Origin: an uncultured virus (IMG/VR IMGVR_UViG_3300042564_002211)
Lineage: Duplodnaviria; Heunggongvirae; Uroviricota; Caudoviricetes
DNA: 64,000 bases
Virus record (IMG/VR): IMGVR_UViG_3300042564_002211
Strand: one strand, 5' to 3'
Under the pieces are notes generated by a model, which searched no databases, was not told where the DNA came from, and saw nothing but the letters and a program-made list of their open reading frames with translations. Position 1 is the first letter of the stretch. Every line of letters starts with the position of its first letter. Positions 19,275 through 30,600 of the stretch are shown here, piece after piece. A program made the position numbers and the translations under genes.

Positions 19275-20222
19275 TCAGTAGGGGCGGCCGTACATCGGCA
19301 TTCCGTACATCATCGGATTGCCGTAGCCATAGGCCGGCTGCGGGTAACCGTAAGCCATCGGAGGAGGGGCCTGCTGCTGTTGCTGACGGCCTCCACCGCT
19401 GAGTCCGAGACCTCCCATGAGGCCTCCAAGCATGCCACCACTGCCGAGCATCCCGCCACTGTACAGGCTCATTCCGGTGTCGATGGCGCTGTTGACACTT
19501 GAATCAAGGGCGCTACCCAGCTTGGCCCACTTGTTCTGCTTCTCTTGGAAGCCTGCGAAGTTCGAGTTGTTCACGTCAGACAGACCACCCAGCTGTCCGA
19601 TCTCGGACTGACGAGCCTGCTGACGAGCCTGCAGTGGGTTGAGCTCCATCTGGGCCACGTTCATCGGCAGCTGATTGCGGTACTGCATCAACCCCATCTG
19701 CTGGCCGACGTTCGCGCCACGCTCAGCGCCCGCTCCGGCGGCAGCCTGATTGAGGCCGCCGAAGATCTGCTGCGCAATGGGCGCACCAAACGCTCCAACG
19801 TAGCCGGCACGCTGCTTGTCCATGTAGGTGCCAGAAGCCTTGCCAGCGTAGCCCAAGCGAGAAGCGGCCATCTTGTCGGCCTTGGACATTCCTCCTCCAA
19901 GCTGACCAAGAAACCCTTGAAGCGCACCGAGGTCGCCTTCTCGGGCACGCTCGCGGTCACCCATGAAGCTGGCCTGACGAAGACCGCCAAGCATCTGGTT
20001 GGTTTCACCCTCGGTTTGCTTGTTGAGTCGGCCGACCTCACCAATCGCGGTTCGGTTCGCGGCAGTGTAATTGCCAAGGGCGGTGTCCGCCTCTTGACGA
20101 TACTTGTCCATGCCGCCAACGGATGTGTCGATCTGGTCCTGAAGACCCTGATTCTTGTTCATCCGCTCCATCTTGGAGCCAGCGAATGCCCCGATGATTC
20201 CACCGAGATTTGAAATGCCCAT
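19275..20222 (-). CDS. putative internal virion/DNA pilot protein
   Basis: Gly/Gln/Met-rich with GG-rich hydrophobic ends, typical of podoviral ejection proteins. Confidence 0.6.
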   Translation of the reverse strand: MGISNLGGIIGAFAGSKMERMNKNQGLQDQIDTSVGGMDKYRQEADTALGNYTAANRTAIGEVGRLNKQTEGETNQMLGGLRQASFMGDRERAREGDLGALQGFLGQLGGGMSKADKMAASRLGYAGKASGTYMDKQRAGYVGAFGAPIAQQIFGGLNQAAAGAGAERGANVGQQMGLMQYRNQLPMNVAQMELNPLQARQQARQSEIGQLGGLSDVNNSNFAGFQEKQNKWAKLGSALDSSVNSAIDTGMSLYSGGMLGSGGMLGGLMGGLGLSGGGRQQQQQAPPPMAYGYPQPAYGYGNPMMYGMPMYGRPY

Positions 20223-20270
20223 AGCGTGTCCTGTTCTTTGAGTTAGTGAACCGCCGAAGCGGTGTTGATG

Positions 20271-22067
20271 CTAGAAATAGTCTCCGTGTGAAGATCTCAT
20301 TGAGACGCTCATCTCGTTTAGAGAAGACGAACCGCCGATCACAGGGTTTCGACTGGAGTTTGCGATCATCAACCGGAACCCAATCTGCGATCCAGTCCTG
20401 AAGAACTGGTACGTTGCGATGCGGTTCGGCCGAATGTTGTCGGTCGCCATCTGGCTCTCGGTCTGTGAAGACAGTCGGTCGATCTTGCGAGGGTTTGAGG
20501 TCTGCCAGATCAACCGGTGCGGCTGAGAGCCGTACCCAATGTCCACATGCAGTAACGCGGCGTTGATGTCAGGCACGTCCGGGGCGTCGTACTCAACAGC
20601 GATACGAGAGATCGTCTTGTTGTTCGGAGTTCCCATGTCCTGAGAGTCCGTCTGGATCAGAGTGGTGTAGCCGTAGTCGGCGTAGTTCACCACGGTGGTC
20701 GGATGGTTCGTGGTGGTCCACGCCAGGCCTGACCGATTGTTCGGGTCGGTGGTGCAGTAGGTTCTAGCGTAGACATCAGGCGTGTACTCTTTCAGACACT
20801 TGTCCTGAGAGGAGGCCATGATGAACTTGTAGCCGTTGCCACAGGGTGTGCAGTCCGGCTCCAAGCTGGGATTCGCATCGATCTTGGCGCACAGCGAACC
20901 AGTAGGACTTGGAGGCAGCTTGTAGTCCTCGGTGGTGTTGCGAATGCAGGTCAGGCTGGTGTCCAGAACGAACGTGATCGGAAGCGGGTTGCCCTCACCG
21001 GGAGTCGGCTCTGGAAGACATGCGCCGATATCGGCCAGCCACCGCCTCACATTGGACTGATAGCTAGGCAGGTGCGAAACGAATGATGTGAAGCCAGACT
21101 CAACCAAGCAGGCCTTACCAATGTCCATCTGAAGGACCAGCGACTTGGAAGGAACCGTCTCAGCGTCAGGAGCCCACGAGAACCACACCATCCGCTCGGC
21201 CTCATCGTAGCCACCAACCAGCAAGTGACATGCACCGCGGTTGATCGGGCCGAAAGCCGGCAATGACGACGTGGTGACACCGCCAAGATAGTCGGCACTG
21301 ACGCCGTTGTAGATCGCACCGCAAGCACGGTACAGCCAGTCGAGGATTCTCGGGCTGCGGTCGAACTCACCGATGACGTAGAGCGTGTCCTCTCCGCCGT
21401 AGACGTGCAGTTCTCCCAGATTCACGAGGCTGTTCTCGAACCTCAAAACTTGAGGGCCTCGATAGACCTCGCGGAAGTTGAAAACCTCGTCCCCGCCCAC
21501 CAAGTCCACGTTGTAGATGGCCTTGTCGGTGTAGACCCGGAACTGTGCTCCAAGAGGAGCCATCGCAAGCACCCGCTCATCTTCTCCGAGGTCGATGTAG
21601 CCGGCCAAAGACTCAGGTCCAGGCACAAAACTCAGCGGATCGTTGAAGTCCGACCAGAATACACGGTTCTGGTAGACAGCGCCCTCGCTGATGACGTTTC
21701 CAACGAAGACAAACCCGCGCCAAGCACCAATGGACCGCACTGTGGTGATGTCCATGGCCACGAAGTCGTCCAGAAGCTCAGCTGAGTAGCCAGTGGTGGG
21801 GTCCGCAGGCTTCTCCCACGACCACCAGTACGGCTGGTCCATGCCATTGGTGAAAATCGTGATGCCACCCATCTGGGCGTGCTTCCATCGCGTCTCAGGA
21901 ACACCAGCGGCAGGCACTTCGCCGCCTAAGCCGCCAATCAGGAGCCGCCAGTTGCCGTCCAGACCGGTGTTTGAGTAGAGGCGAGAGCGCGTTCCAGCCA
22001 AGAGACGGGTGTCTCCGCTTTCGCCACGCATGTGGGCCAGAAAAGTGATGTACTCAGGTGCGCTCAT
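20271..22067 (-). CDS. tail tubular/nozzle (gp10-like stabilisation) protein
   Basis: Beta-propeller-like segments (ITIFTNGMDQP, NRVFWSDFNDP, VYTDKAIY) and synteny. Confidence 0.7.
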   Translation of the reverse strand: MSAPEYITFLAHMRGESGDTRLLAGTRSRLYSNTGLDGNWRLLIGGLGGEVPAAGVPETRWKHAQMGGITIFTNGMDQPYWWSWEKPADPTTGYSAELLDDFVAMDITTVRSIGAWRGFVFVGNVISEGAVYQNRVFWSDFNDPLSFVPGPESLAGYIDLGEDERVLAMAPLGAQFRVYTDKAIYNVDLVGGDEVFNFREVYRGPQVLRFENSLVNLGELHVYGGEDTLYVIGEFDRSPRILDWLYRACGAIYNGVSADYLGGVTTSSLPAFGPINRGACHLLVGGYDEAERMVWFSWAPDAETVPSKSLVLQMDIGKACLVESGFTSFVSHLPSYQSNVRRWLADIGACLPEPTPGEGNPLPITFVLDTSLTCIRNTTEDYKLPPSPTGSLCAKIDANPSLEPDCTPCGNGYKFIMASSQDKCLKEYTPDVYARTYCTTDPNNRSGLAWTTTNHPTTVVNYADYGYTTLIQTDSQDMGTPNNKTISRIAVEYDAPDVPDINAALLHVDIGYGSQPHRLIWQTSNPRKIDRLSSQTESQMATDNIRPNRIATYQFFRTGSQIGFRLMIANSSRNPVIGGSSSLNEMSVSMRSSHGDYF

Positions 22068-22786
22068 TCACAAACGATTTGAGTGTTGGTGGGCGGAAGC
22101 AGGCTGCTGTCTTGTGCGGTCTGGTTCCAGACCATCAGCTTGTCTGAAACACCACTGTCAGTGAAACCAATCGCGTCAGCAGGCGCACACCCGTACGCAA
22201 ACACGTTCTGGTTCGCTGCAGCGTTGGTGTTTGAGTACATGCGGACGGTCTGATTGCCTCCAGCCTGGATAGAGTTGTACTGGAGATCAACGTAGCCTGG
22301 AGAACCGGTGGTTACAGCGTCGGTGGTACGTGTAGACACGCGCCACAGGTAGCCAGTCCACGGAACGAACGAATGAACATCCGGCGGGACGATCGAAATC
22401 GTCGGGAAGTTGGAGATGGTTGGGATGTAGGCAAAAACGGTGCCTCCAGTGAATGAAACCGTGGCCGTAGGAGCCACTACCGATCCCGGGTTTTGAACCG
22501 CAACGGTAGCGCCAACAACCGAGATCACCGCCGTGCCGCTGATCACACTCGGAGACACCGTGTTGGTCAGCAGTTGGTCGTGCAGATCCTCGTTTCCGGC
22601 AGGAAGCTCACCAAGAGCAAGCGGTCTCCAGCCGCCAAGACGCCTCAGACGGCCTTCCCGATCGCTAATGGCATTGACGACAAGGCGGAAGTACCCCTCG
22701 CTGGTCTTTCCAGCAGGGGATCGCAGATCAAGCGATACAGCATTCAGCTGAATGCCGGTCTCTCTGACACTTCCGAGTCTCTTCAT
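22064..22786 (-). CDS. structural protein whose N-terminus resembles the start of tail nozzle proteins
   Basis: SLDLRSP..VNAISDREGRLRRLGGW then a V/T/S-rich beta region. Confidence 0.55.
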   Translation of the reverse strand: MKRLGSVRETGIQLNAVSLDLRSPAGKTSEGYFRLVVNAISDREGRLRRLGGWRPLALGELPAGNEDLHDQLLTNTVSPSVISGTAVISVVGATVAVQNPGSVVAPTATVSFTGGTVFAYIPTISNFPTISIVPPDVHSFVPWTGYLWRVSTRTTDAVTTGSPGYVDLQYNSIQAGGNQTVRMYSNTNAAANQNVFAYGCAPADAIGFTDSGVSDKLMVWNQTAQDSSLLPPTNTQIVCE

Positions 22787-23499
22787 ACAGTTCGAGTGGT
22801 GCGCATGATGAACCAGATGGCCATCGAGGGCTGAAACACGGAAACACCAGCAGCAGGGGCAGCAGCTTCGCCGTCAGAAATGAGTCCTGTGGTGGCAGCG
22901 TTGCCCGTATTCGAGAAATTCCCGTTTCCAGACAGGCTTCCGTCACCCTGAAGCTCGTTGTAGTGGTAATTTCCCGGGAGCGTCCACTGGCGCATGATGA
23001 AATCGAAGTCGTTGTTACCTGCATCGATCGATCCAGCCGCCGCACGGCGTCCAACACCATGGAAATGAGGCTGAACAGGCACCTGATTCGATGCCAGTGT
23101 CACGCTTTCTGAGCCGAAAATGTCCCCGTTGTTGCGCTGAGTGAGCGCGGACCCAGCACCAGCACCAGAAATCACGCGGCCACGGAGATCCGGGGTGCCA
23201 TTGGTTCCGTCGCAAAGTCGCCAGAACGGGAGTCCGGTGTCTCCAGTGGGCTTGCTGAGCTCAGCAACAGCAGCTTTCACCGCAGCCTCCGTGTCCGACA
23301 TGTAAAACGGCATGATCACGTTGGGAGGAGGAAGGAACATCGACTTGAAGTCAGATGTAGCGTTGCCAGCGTCATCAAATGCCCAGTCGAACCACAGCTT
23401 CATCTTGGACGACAGCGCCAGAAGATTGGTGATCCGGTTGCAGAAGCTCTCTCCAAGCGTCGCTACAGTGAAACTACTGCCTGTGATCGGCGAACTCAT
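22783..23499 (-). CDS. tail collar domain protein
   Basis: WRLCDGTNGTPDLRGR, GSESVTL, PHFH, PSMAIWFIMRT. Confidence 0.8.
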   Translation of the reverse strand: MSSPITGSSFTVATLGESFCNRITNLLALSSKMKLWFDWAFDDAGNATSDFKSMFLPPPNVIMPFYMSDTEAAVKAAVAELSKPTGDTGLPFWRLCDGTNGTPDLRGRVISGAGAGSALTQRNNGDIFGSESVTLASNQVPVQPHFHGVGRRAAAGSIDAGNNDFDFIMRQWTLPGNYHYNELQGDGSLSGNGNFSNTGNAATTGLISDGEAAAPAAGVSVFQPSMAIWFIMRTTRTV

Positions 23500-23552
23500 A
23501 CTCACGGTGGTACTCCGCACATACTCAAGCAGCAAGCTGGAGTCGCTAAATG

Positions 23553-23582
23553 AAAAGGCCCACCCCCTTTCGAGGATGGGCC
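23553..23582 (-). terminator. intrinsic terminator
   Basis: Minus strand GGCCCATCCTC-GAAA-GGGGGTGGGCC-TTTT. Confidence 0.75.
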
Positions 23583-23602
23583 ACTGGCTTTGGTGTTACC
23601 TG

Positions 23603-23836
23603 TTAGTTGGCAGACTCACTGGTAACCGGCTCAGTCCCAGTGGGGACCGACGAGACGAGTGTAGCAAGAAGTCGATCGAATCCGATGACAGCGCCCTTGG
23701 AGGCAAGCAGGTTCTGCTGCGCCTGATTCAGCTGCTGGGTCAGAATGTTGATGTTCTGCTCAAGCTGCTGGATGTTCTGGAGAACAAGCTCCCGCTCAGC
23801 GTTGATCTTAGAGGCAAATTCGTTGGTGTCAGCCAT
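23603..23836 (-). CDS. small coiled-coil protein (77 aa)
   Basis: Q/N/L heptads; has its own promoter motif and terminator. Confidence 0.7.
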   Translation of the reverse strand: MADTNEFASKINAERELVLQNIQQLEQNINILTQQLNQAQQNLLASKGAVIGFDRLLATLVSSVPTGTEPVTSESAN

Positions 23837-23845
23837 GCGGTTTTA

Positions 23846-23874
23846 GGTGTACAACACCGGCCTCTCAGTGTCAA
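23846..23874 (-). promoter_or_regulatory. promoter/operator motif, minus-strand copy
   Basis: Minus strand TTGACA-CTGAGAGGCC-GGTGTT-G-TACACC, 9 nt before ATG 23836. Confidence 0.78.
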
Positions 23875-24182
23875 GCGGTCGGCAGCGGAATCAGAGTCAG
23901 GCCCAACTTCTCGGCCACCTTCTCGTAGAGGTAGTTGTCATCAGCGCCCCAAGCGGTGTAGTCGTCACCGGAGAGGGTGATGTTGCCGCTCATCAGGGCC
24001 GGACCCCAGATCGGGGGCAGCACCTGACCATCCGGCAGGGGTGGGATCTCGGTGACCTGACGAACCTCGTACTGGGCGGTGCAGCTTTGGAACAGCTGGA
24101 CGTTCGCGTACGGGATCGAGATGGCGTTTGCGGTTTTGTCCAACACGGGGGCCGGTTGGATCTGGCGGTAGTTCGGTTGCAT
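23871..24182 (-). CDS. hypothetical tail-associated protein
   Basis: GNITLSGDDYTAWGADDNY..VAEKLGL, a pattern seen in small genes following tail fibres. Confidence 0.65.
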   Translation of the reverse strand: MQPNYRQIQPAPVLDKTANAISIPYANVQLFQSCTAQYEVRQVTEIPPLPDGQVLPPIWGPALMSGNITLSGDDYTAWGADDNYLYEKVAEKLGLTLIPLPTA

Positions 24183-24186
24183 ATTG

Positions 24187-24663
24187 TTACAAGTTTCTTA
24201 GCACTTCGGGAATGAAGGCGTTCAGCTTCTCCGGTGTATCGTACTCCGAGAGATCGATCAACGTCACGTCGCGTAGCGCCTTCTTCTTGGTAGCGATGGC
24301 GGTCGTGGTGGCGGTGTCCCCATCCTCAAGAGCCCGCATGAACTGCACGTCGAGTGCTTCAAGCAGCGGCTTTCGGAGTACACGGAACTGCTTTCGCTTG
24401 AGCTCATCGGCTGCAGGCTTGCTCCAGATTACCGCGCCACTGGGGGTCAACCTCCATGCCTCGAAGAAGAGGTTCATCCCACTGAGACTTGCCGAGTCCA
24501 CGATGAACGACGGTCGCACCGATCCATCTGGAAGAGTGGGAACGTCCTTCTGCTGTATCAGCGCAGCGATCTGGGATTCCTGCTCTGTACTGGTGTTCGG
24601 TGGATAGCATGGTGTTGCCACGCTGACCCACCCATCGTCGTTGGTGTAGATGATGACTTTCAT
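24187..24663 (-). CDS. putative tail fibre assembly chaperone
   Basis: Directly follows the fibre gene; RKPLLEALDVQFMRALE..KKKALRDVT. Confidence 0.65.
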   Translation of the reverse strand: MKVIIYTNDDGWVSVATPCYPPNTSTEQESQIAALIQQKDVPTLPDGSVRPSFIVDSASLSGMNLFFEAWRLTPSGAVIWSKPAADELKRKQFRVLRKPLLEALDVQFMRALEDGDTATTTAIATKKKALRDVTLIDLSEYDTPEKLNAFIPEVLRNL

Positions 24664-27600
24664 TATGCGGCTATGAAGGCGACGCCAACTGAGATGGAAT
24701 CGTAAAGCGCAACGCCAGCAGGATATTCGCAGACAACGCGGCAGCTGCCAGCCGCTTTTGCGCCGCTTCGGCGAGGAACAGCAACCATTACGTTGTAGTT
24801 GCTCGCGCCCGGGCTCGGGGTGTCAAGCTGTGCGGTGCCTGCGACAACGTAGTTCGCGGTGCCGAGCGAGCTCGAGAAGTTCACGGTGTAGTCGCCAGTC
24901 GCGTTCTTGGTGATGCTTGAGACGTTGAAGCTCGCGTTGGGGCTCTGTGAACTCGCGAAGTTGCCGTTGAAGTCGCACCATGCCACGACGCGACCGCCGA
25001 TGGTCGTCGTCAGGTTTCCTGCGCCTCGACCAAGTGTCAGTGTGCCAGCTGAAATGCCGACCGATGTGGTGTCGCGGTTCTCGTAGTAGCTCGCGGCTTG
25101 ACCGTTCAGCTGTGTTGAATTTGTGGCCGTGGTTGCCGAGGTGGCAGATGTTGCAGACGTAGCCGAATCAGCAACCCGCGCAGAATCGACTCGAACGCCG
25201 TACGTATTTGAACCATTCCAACCCATCAGGGTTGGGTAGGTTGATGACCAAGCTATCTGCGCGTTGGTGTTGTTGACCGATCCTCCGGCTGGCGACGTAG
25301 AGTTGGAAGCGTCGAAGATCGTGTGGTTGTTGCCGTAGTGCTTCCAAGCCAACTGACCGACCACGGCTGAGATCACGCCGTTGGTGGACCAGTTGGTTCT
25401 GTTGGTGCTGAGATTGGTTGCCGTAGCCGCGTTGCCACCAATGCTCAAACTCGGTGCGCTGGTGCTTCCCGCGTGGAGCGCCTGATTGCCGCTGATCAGG
25501 ACAGAGGACGGCATTCGGACGGTTCCGCCGCTGCTGCCGTCCACCGTGTTGATGTAGAGGTCTGCCCATGCGCTTAAGGCGTTGTTGTGGGCGAAGACGC
25601 CTGCAACGCTTCCGTATGTCCCAAGGAACGCCGACCTATCGTTGGTCGAGTTCTTGGAGAGAATGCGTCCGTACCATGCTGAGCCGCTTCCGTTGTGCTG
25701 ATTGACGATCGCCTGATCCGCCGCTGCCGACACGCTGGTTGAGCTTCCAACGATGTTCATCGTCTGGCCGCTCAGCATGCCCGCCAGTGTGGCCATCGAG
25801 AGCGCCTGAGGAGCCTGAGCGACAGACGCGCTGCTATTTCCAAGAACCGTAGACACCGCGACGTTCTGGATCTTCGCGTACGTCACCACGGAGTTGGCCA
25901 GCTTGGCAGTCGTGGAGACCGCGCCGTCAGCGATGGCGTTTGCAGAGCCAGAAACGTCTGCGTATGCTACCTCGACAGCGTCAGGCGTAGCTGGGCTCAC
26001 CTTAAAGCGCCATCGATTCACGGGTCCGTTGTACGTCAAAAACCCGAAATACGGGTTTGCTGAGTCGTAGTTGTACGAAGCGTCCGTCGAGTACAGACGT
26101 TGACTTCCTTGATTTGCGAATCCAGTGATGCGGACACCCCACGTACCGGACGCCCCTGTGCCAGTCAGTGTTGGGACGTAGGAGTTGTAGTTCCCATCGT
26201 GCAGTACAGTTCTCCACGCCGTGAAAGACGAGTCCACGCGCCTTCTGAAGTAGAACCCGTCCGAGTTCCATGGCATCGCTATTTGAGAAAAGCGAGCACT
26301 GCTCCCTATCTCGATGGTGCGGTAGTTCGGAGAGTTGTCAGGTGGCTTGGTTCCGCCGAACGCACCGTCGTACTGGTAGAGCCCCGGAGTCGATACGGTG
26401 TCGAGGCTCTTGGACTGGTAGGCAGCTGTGCCGTAGGCGGGGGTGTAGCCAATGACGCTGGAGAAGTTACCCGCGTGAACCACCTTGTATGCGTTCGCAG
26501 TCGCGTACAGTTCGCCGTCTTGAGCAATGTAGGCGCGGCGAGTCCCCTGACCTCCAGCCACGCCGGGAGCCCCGGTGGTGTTCCAAAACTCTGTGTACCC
26601 GTCACCCGTGTTGAACCTCATGTACACGCCGTACGCCAGACCACTTCCTTGGCGTCCGTAGTGTTGGCCATCGATGTGGATGTTGCCGCCGATACCGGTG
26701 TACGGGTACGAGATTCCAGGCTCAGAAGCCCAGAGTGTCAGAAATCCAGCGTTCGCACTGTTGTCGTTGTTGTCGTGGTTGTAGTGCAGCTGGAACCGCG
26801 TGGTGCTGTGACCTGCTTTGATCTTCGTTTGGCCGGTGAGCGGGTTGCTAACACCAGCGGTGATCGGCAGTGCGTACTGAGGGTAGTTGCTTGCGTGCAG
26901 GACTTGGTTGCCGTTCTGCTGAATGGAAACCAAAGAGTTCAAAGCACCGCTTGTCAAAGACATCAGCAGTGAAGAGGCGGCAGTCCTCCAATAGAATGAG
27001 TTGAAATCACCGTACCAGCCAGCTGCTGATGCGTAGTTCCACATGTACGTGTTTCCGTACGCATCGTCAGGTCGATACCCAGCATTCCCTGCGGCATTCG
27101 TGATTGCCCTGACAGAGTCATTGGCGAACACGATGTCGCCGGTCATTGTTCCACCACTCAGCGGAAGGGCGTAGCTGGAGTAGTTGCTGGAGTGCAGGTA
27201 CGCCGACCCATCGCTACGCATGAGGTTTCCGTTCGCGTCAGGGTAGACGTGAGAGGTTGTAGAGCCCTCGCCGTAGATGCGTGTGCGGCCACTGCTGGCG
27301 TTGCCGTAGCCGATGAACATGCCATCGGCAGGGCTTGCAGCCGAGTTCCGCATGACGCGGAAATTGACGTACTGGTCACTCCCACTCGGGATGCCAGTGG
27401 TCAGCATCGCGTAGGAGTTGTAGTTCCCCGCGTGTAGGACTTGGTTGCCGTTCTGGGTAACCGCACCGACCACGTTTAACGACACCGGCATCGACACCGC
27501 GCCGGACGCCTCGATGCTGATCGCGTTGGTGCCAGTGCTTGATGTCGTTCCACCAACATCTATCTTCAGTCCACCGTTCGCAGCGCGGAGGATGCCATAC

Positions 27601-30600
27601 TGATAATCCGCCTCGGGCGGTGCAAAGAACAGCAGCCTGTCACTTGCGTTACTCTGAATCTGTAGCGCAGATCGCCACGCTCCAGCATACTGACCGAAGT
27701 TCAAGGCGCTTTGACCACTGCGCTTGATAATCACCGAACTGGTCGAGCTACTGGACCCAGTCGTGTCGATGGAGATCGTTCCGGTCAGTGCGCCTCCAGT
27801 CAGGGGAAGGTAGCGCCCGTCCAAGCCCACAGTCAGGTTTCCTGCTGCTCGAGTCAGCGTGAGCGTTCCTCCCGAGAAGCCCACCGCAGTCGTGTCTCGG
27901 TTCTCGTAGTAGGAAGCAGCCTGCCCGTTCAACTGGGCCGCACTTCCGCTGATGCTGATGCCCCAAGTTCCCGTGTTCGTGACGACCTGCGTGCCGCCGA
28001 TGTAGTTGTTGTAGCTGCTGTGGAACCCCTGAGGCGTGTTGATCAGGTTGAGCAACTCCCCGATGTTCGCGGATGTTCCAGAAACATCGGAGCCAGCAGC
28101 GTTCTTAATCGCGAACGTGGCGTTACCTTGAGTGGTAGCGGAGGTGAAGCCAGAGACAGAGCGCGAGGTCGTGCGCACGTAGTATGTCTGGCCGCCTCGG
28201 ACGTACAAAACGATGCCGAACCAGTTTTGCGTGCCACGCCAGATGCCGAGCACTGAACGCTCAGCGTTGTCGTAGCAGTTGTGGAAGACACGGTAGAATC
28301 CGGTCTTATCAGACCATCCTTGGCCACGAGCCTCACCGTGCAGGTGGTCCATGTTGTACGCAGATCCGCCGCCAAGGTCCGGCATCTCAAGCGAGAATCT
28401 GTGGTGCCAATAATCGCTTCCGGGGCTTCCGTTAATAACGATTGGGTAGAAGTTCGCGGCAGACTGCGCCGTGAGATTGACCGTGTAGACGCGCTCAGGG
28501 AACGCGAGGTAGCCACCCTCACTCAGCGTGCCGGTGATCGTGAGGTTGCCGGTGATGGTGCCACCTGCGATGGGGAGCGCGTAGGAGCCGACGTTGCCGG
28601 CGTCGAGAACAATGTACGCGGTCGAGTTTCGCGCCACGTTCAGGCCTGTCGCGGAAGTCACCCACAGCCCGCCGGTTCCGATTGTTGGGTCAGTGGTTCC
28701 GACTCCTCGAGACGTTCCAGTGATGCTCGCGCTGACGGTGTTTCTGAACGTCGCAGTGCCTGCATCAGTGATGTAGAAGTCGAACGCGCCTGCAGTGTAG
28801 TTGTAGAACCCAATACCAGTCGCAACAGTGCCGCTGTTGTCACGCCCGAACCACCACTTGTTGGCTCCTGAGTCCTGAAACATGATCGCTCTCTCGGTGT
28901 TGGTCGCACCGTTGATAACGAGCATTCCGGTTCCATCGGCAGTGCTAGAGTTGGTGAGCGTGATTGCACCCGTCATCGATCCACCACTCAGAAGCAGGTA
29001 GCGGCCATCGAGGTTCGCGGTTAGGTTTCCGGCGGCGCGTGTGATCGTCAGGGTTCCGCCAGAGAATCCGAGAGCCGTTGCGTCCCGGTTCTCGTAGTAG
29101 CTGCCCAGCTGGCCGTTCAGGTACTGCGCGTTGAGGTTAGATACGAGCGTAGTGCTCGCGATCACCAGAGGCGCAGTGCCAGTAGCAACCGTACTTGTGA
29201 TCTGACCTGCAAATGAGCTTGCAGCGGCAACACTGAGATTGGTGAACCGCTGAGTGTAACCGCCAGTGGTTGGCAGGTAGATGGTTCCAGTGGTCGATCC
29301 GTTGGCGGGGGTTCCGGTGACGTAGGTTACAGTGCCAGCACCCTGACTGATAATCTCAACGATGAAGATGTGGTTGAGCCAGTCTGCGATCTGTCGGATC
29401 TGAAGCTCATAGACTCCAGTGGCCGTCTTTACCGCCCGCACGTAGTCAGCGACCGGGCCGAATACAAGAGCGTTGTCAGCGTCGTTCAGCACACCTCCGC
29501 TTCGCCTGCACGACACGAAGAACGTCATCGGCTTGCAGTCTGCCATGGAGCCGAAGTTGGTGTTCGCGTCGATGACCTCGACTTTGAATGTCGCTGCCGA
29601 GTAGAGCGCGGTTCCAAACGTGATGTCCGCGATCTTCTTCCATGCAAGATCTTGAGCTCCACCGTGGAAGAGGCTGTAGACAGGCTGTCTGTTTCCGAAC
29701 GAGACTCTCGCATTCAGGGCCACGTTGCCGCTGAATGTTGCTGTCGTTCCAGTGAGTGCGCCCGTCAGCACACCGCCCGTGAGTGGTAAATATCGCCCAT
29801 CAAGGCTAGTCGTCAGATTACCTGCGGCTCGCGTGAGCGTGAGAGTGCCACCTGAGAATCCGACAGCGGTAGTGTCCCGGTTCTCGAAGTACGACCCATG
29901 CTGACCGTCCAACAGGTCAGAGTTAAGGTTGCCTACGACCGTGGTACTCGTGACCGACAGAGGAGCGGTGCCGGTGGCGACGGTTGAGACGAACGATCCC
30001 GGCGTCGTGATGTTGCCGTTGAGCTTGTAGATCGTGACGTTTCCGAAATCAGCCGTGATGTTGAAATAGCTGCCGCTGGCATCGGTTACACCGAGTTTCC
30101 AAACGGTTGACCCGGTCGTGTAGAGCCTCAGAATGTCTGAAGCGGTTGATCCGTTGACGGACAGTTGGCCGGTGATGGTTCCGCCAGTGAGTGGGAGAGC
30201 GTAGGAGTTGAAGTTGCCGCTGTGGAGAAGCGACCTCCATGTCTGATTTACGTTGTTCTGCTTCCGACGGAATTGAATCTCGTCATTGAAGAAGTCTACC
30301 GCGATGGTCGCCGAGTAGTACGTGTCGGCGTCTCCGTGAGAGAGCCGGAGAGCGTACCACCAGTTGGTGTTGGGGTTAAGGGTCGAGTTGCCGCTCAGCT
30401 GCCAGTACTGCAAAGCACTAGCCGCACTGCCAGTGTTGGTTGTGAGTGCGGACGATGAACCGGCGTTCCCTGTGATATCGATGCTGTAGCTGCCCGACAG
30501 GCGTGCGCTCGGCACGGTGCCAGCATTCAGGTTGCTGGCATTCTGGTAGTAGGCCCCGTGCTGCCCATCGAGCAGGTCGGCGTTGAGGTTCGTGACAGCA

